A stretch of 49,643 bases of DNA, counting the filler, from Catajapyx aquilonaris (Eukaryota): assembly GCA_000934665.2 (NCBI GenBank). It is 3 parts of 3 records of this genome, joined end to end, with 100 filler letters (N's around TTAATTAATTAA, not from the genome) between each part and the next. Parts side by side here need not be neighbours in the genome. Positions count along the whole stretch, not along the records: positions 33,147 to 49,643 come from JYFJ02007199.1; 2 more parts are not named here. The stretch is one strand, 5' to 3'. Below the pieces are notes generated by a model. The model was not told the DNA's origin and searched no databases. It saw only the letters and a program-made list of their open reading frames with translations. Below, in pieces: positions 46,849 to 49,643 of the stretch (positions are counted from its first letter, which is position 1; the number at the start of each line of letters is the position of its first letter). Made by a program: the position numbers and the translations under genes.

Positions 46849-47150
46849 GAAATGATAGCTGTTATTTGCCTTGGTTGCAGTTATTTTGCTCGGAAGCCGT
46901 TAAGTCAAATAACAGCTATCATTTCAAATTTCCAATTTGATAGTAAAATAACCGCAGCCTGCAAAGTAGACGCTTGCTAATGTTGACGTCTCATCAAGTC
47001 ATTGAACAACTGCCAAGGTCAAATAACAGCACATAACGGCTTCCGAGCAAAATAACTGCAACCATTTGGCGTTAGTTACCTGGCAGTTGTTACATGATTT
47101 GATGAGACATCAACATTAGCAAGCGTCATTTTTGCAGAGTTATTTTACTA
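46849..47150. repeat. Nested inverted-repeat (foldback) element
   Basis: GAAATGATAGCTGTTATTTG/CAAATAACAGCTATCATTTC; TGGTTGCAGTTATTTTGCTCGGAAGCCGTTA/TAACGGCTTCCGAGCAAAATAACTGCAACCA; GACGCTTGCTAATGTTGA.GTCTCATCAA/TTGATGAGACATCAACATTAGCAAGCGTC. Confidence 0.85.
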
Positions 47151-49643
47151 CCAAAGTTATAATACTCCATCAGTTTCGCACACTGTTGTAATAAACATCC
47201 GGCCATTACTAAGTAGTTGACAACATCAAAAATAAATCTGACGCTCACTCTCGTCCGGTCAGAAAACCAAATCACTCCAATTCGGACAAACCCAAGGCCC
47301 GAAGCGCATCCGAATAATTCCCTCCCTCCCACTGCAAATATCAATCATTTTTTTATCCCTCCCATTCCTGGGAGCAGAATTAGGATTTATGAAATGCAAA
47401 AACTAGCCCCCGTCAATCGCCCCGAGGCCAAGTACATTTGAAGTGATGGCAGAAACCCCCCCGAAAATCATCATCTTGCATGCCCCCCTCTCGAAAAGTC
47501 CCAGCGGGTTAAGCTCCCCCCCCCCTCCTCCTCCTCCCACCCCCACCTTTTTAGCATTACCGTATAATAAGCAAGGCTGGTGCGCTTACAGTAATGCCTG
47601 TCCCCGGGAGGCCTCGGAAGTTGAAAATCCCCCCCACCCCACCACCACCACCACCTCCCCGCCCCTCGTACAATATTATGGCTTAAGCCGTCGAAAATTA
47701 ATCATGGGAAATCTCCGCTTCCAAGCCATATGCTTCTGGAGAGAATGGAGAAACTTCCACCCAAAATACCATAACAACAACTATACAGTGCAGCGGGAAC
47801 TATACTTTTTCTCTTCTCTCTGTAGCAGCAGCCATGTATTTTCTCCCGAGCCTTCAGATTTGAATTAGGTCGCGGCTACACGGTAACTGGATAACCACCA
47901 GTGGCAAGGTAAAGCCGGGCACAACTTTTCCAGGAGTTTTCTTTCAAGTAGGCCGAATCTAAAGCCTGGAGCGGATGCTGATGGACCAGAAATGGAGCGT
48001 GACTTGATCTGGACTCAAAATGGCGACGCCCACGTGGATTGAGTCTATGAAGCCACCATGAAACTCATGTAGGGCACTTAGAGAGTCTCCGCCACCTCTC
48101 ATTTGGCGCTGGCGTCTCTCGAGTGGGCGCATTCGGGCTGATGGTGGGGTGAGGCAGCACATTGCAACTCCTCCGATCCGGTAGCGTAGTTAGAGAGTCT
48201 CCGCCACAGCAGATATAGCGCTGCAGGCGTTCAGTGAGGCCCCGGGCGCATTCGGGTGGAAGGAGGCTGAGGGCATGCCGCCATACTGTGCGGTGCAGGG
48301 GGGAAACCCAGCGCCCTTGGCCTTGTTGAGGTTTCCTGTCCATCCTGAGAGGGCTCGGCAGTGTTTTTTTTGGTTTGGATTGGATTTGTTCCGAACAGTT
48401 CAGAAGGTGTCAAAGCGTCCGCCCGAGTGCGCCTGGGGACCCACTGGAGCGCCGGCAGCGCCAATTCCTGGGTGGAGGAGACTTCCTAAGTCCCCTACAG
48501 TCACGATAAGGCTAGGTTACGAGTATCAATGGGCTGAGTCTGTTCCTATGTTTGCCATTCGCTCTTTTGCTAGAGGCTAGAGGCGACACCAGTACGATTA
48601 ATGGGTGCTTACTACGAGTTGTAACTCCAACAATGATTCTGGGTCGCATTGTGATACAGTATGTGAAATCCATGCGAGTAGTAACACTGCTTTTCAAAGT
48701 GACTGTAGAGCAAAGCCCAATTCCCCGTACGGGGAATAACGAGGTAATGGATACAAAAAGAGCCGCGACCTGTAAGTACCGATGCCTTTGTGCCCGACCA
48801 GCCATATTGGAGAGTGCTATGGTGGGGCACGGGGAGTAAGAGGAGGGGGCAAGTGGACCACAAAAAAGGAGGCAAAATTAAGGCCTCCAGACCTTGCAGA
48901 CCGGGCCCGGAAAGTGCACTCGATTAATTGAATTTACTCCTGGGGATTATCCGGGAATGGATGAATTGCCCCTACCCTCCACCCCCTACCATCACTTCGC
49001 TCTTTTTTTAGTACAGAAAAAGGCCATGGGACCCTCCTTCTAGCCAATAGGGACCCTTGATGTTTCCGGACTTTCCGGGCACATACACCCGGAATAATAC
49101 AACAGAAAAAAAAAACTGTCCGGATGGGAATACCTGCACTCTGCAGTACATTTCCCGGGTTCAAAAAATGAACTTGCACTGTTTATGCACTTTAATGCGC
49201 TTTTCTCACCGGATGCACGCAGGGCCAACGTGGCCTGAATTACCGCAGGAGAAGCAAAGCGATGTACGTGTTAATACCGGGCCTCGCTGTACAGTATACA
49301 CAAAGCAAGGGTGTACAGTCATGCAGAGTACTTGTGAGGTACCTGTACTGCCTATATATGACACTTCCATCGCCAGACACGGTAGCATTTACCCTATAAT
49401 ATTGTGAGCATGAGTGAGCTGTGCAATTACGTACTATTGGTTGTGTAACACCAACAATGCTGTCCGTCTTGTGTGCAGCAAGCGAACGTTATTGCGGCTT
49501 TGCCATTTATCAATTTTTTACCTACATTCCCACACGACACTTCCCTTTGTTGCTTCTCGTTTTTAGGCAAACAATTTGTCGTGGTTTCATGCCCAACCTT
49601 CAACAATGAATAAATTTATATGCATTTAATATGCACTTTCAGT

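Overview
Eukaryotic (most likely insect/arthropod) genomic DNA. The window is not one locus: it is three ~16.5 kb segments (1-16458, 16559-33046, 33147-49643) joined by identical artificial 100-nt spacers (44 N + TTAATTAATTAA + 44 N). Segment 1 is a tandem array of divergent IPP/KLHL27-like BTB-BACK-Kelch genes. There are three intact copies with intron-free CDS and a shared 5'-UTR intron, plus the leader/promoter of a fourth copy. A decayed, partly inverted-duplicated C2H2 zinc-finger gene interrupts the array. Segment 2 has no convincing CDS and is rich in MITEs, foldback palindromes and purine/G tracts. Segment 3 holds the most interesting gene, which the ORF track splits in two: a histone H1 winged-helix domain spliced across a 63-nt intron to a Cys-containing linker and a pure Arg/Lys/Gly protamine-like tail (probable sperm nuclear basic protein). 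Segment 3 also has a tRNA-derived SINE nested in a MITE, a tRNA-Lys primer-binding site, satellites and more MITEs. Family assignments come from visual motif recognition, not from database searches.
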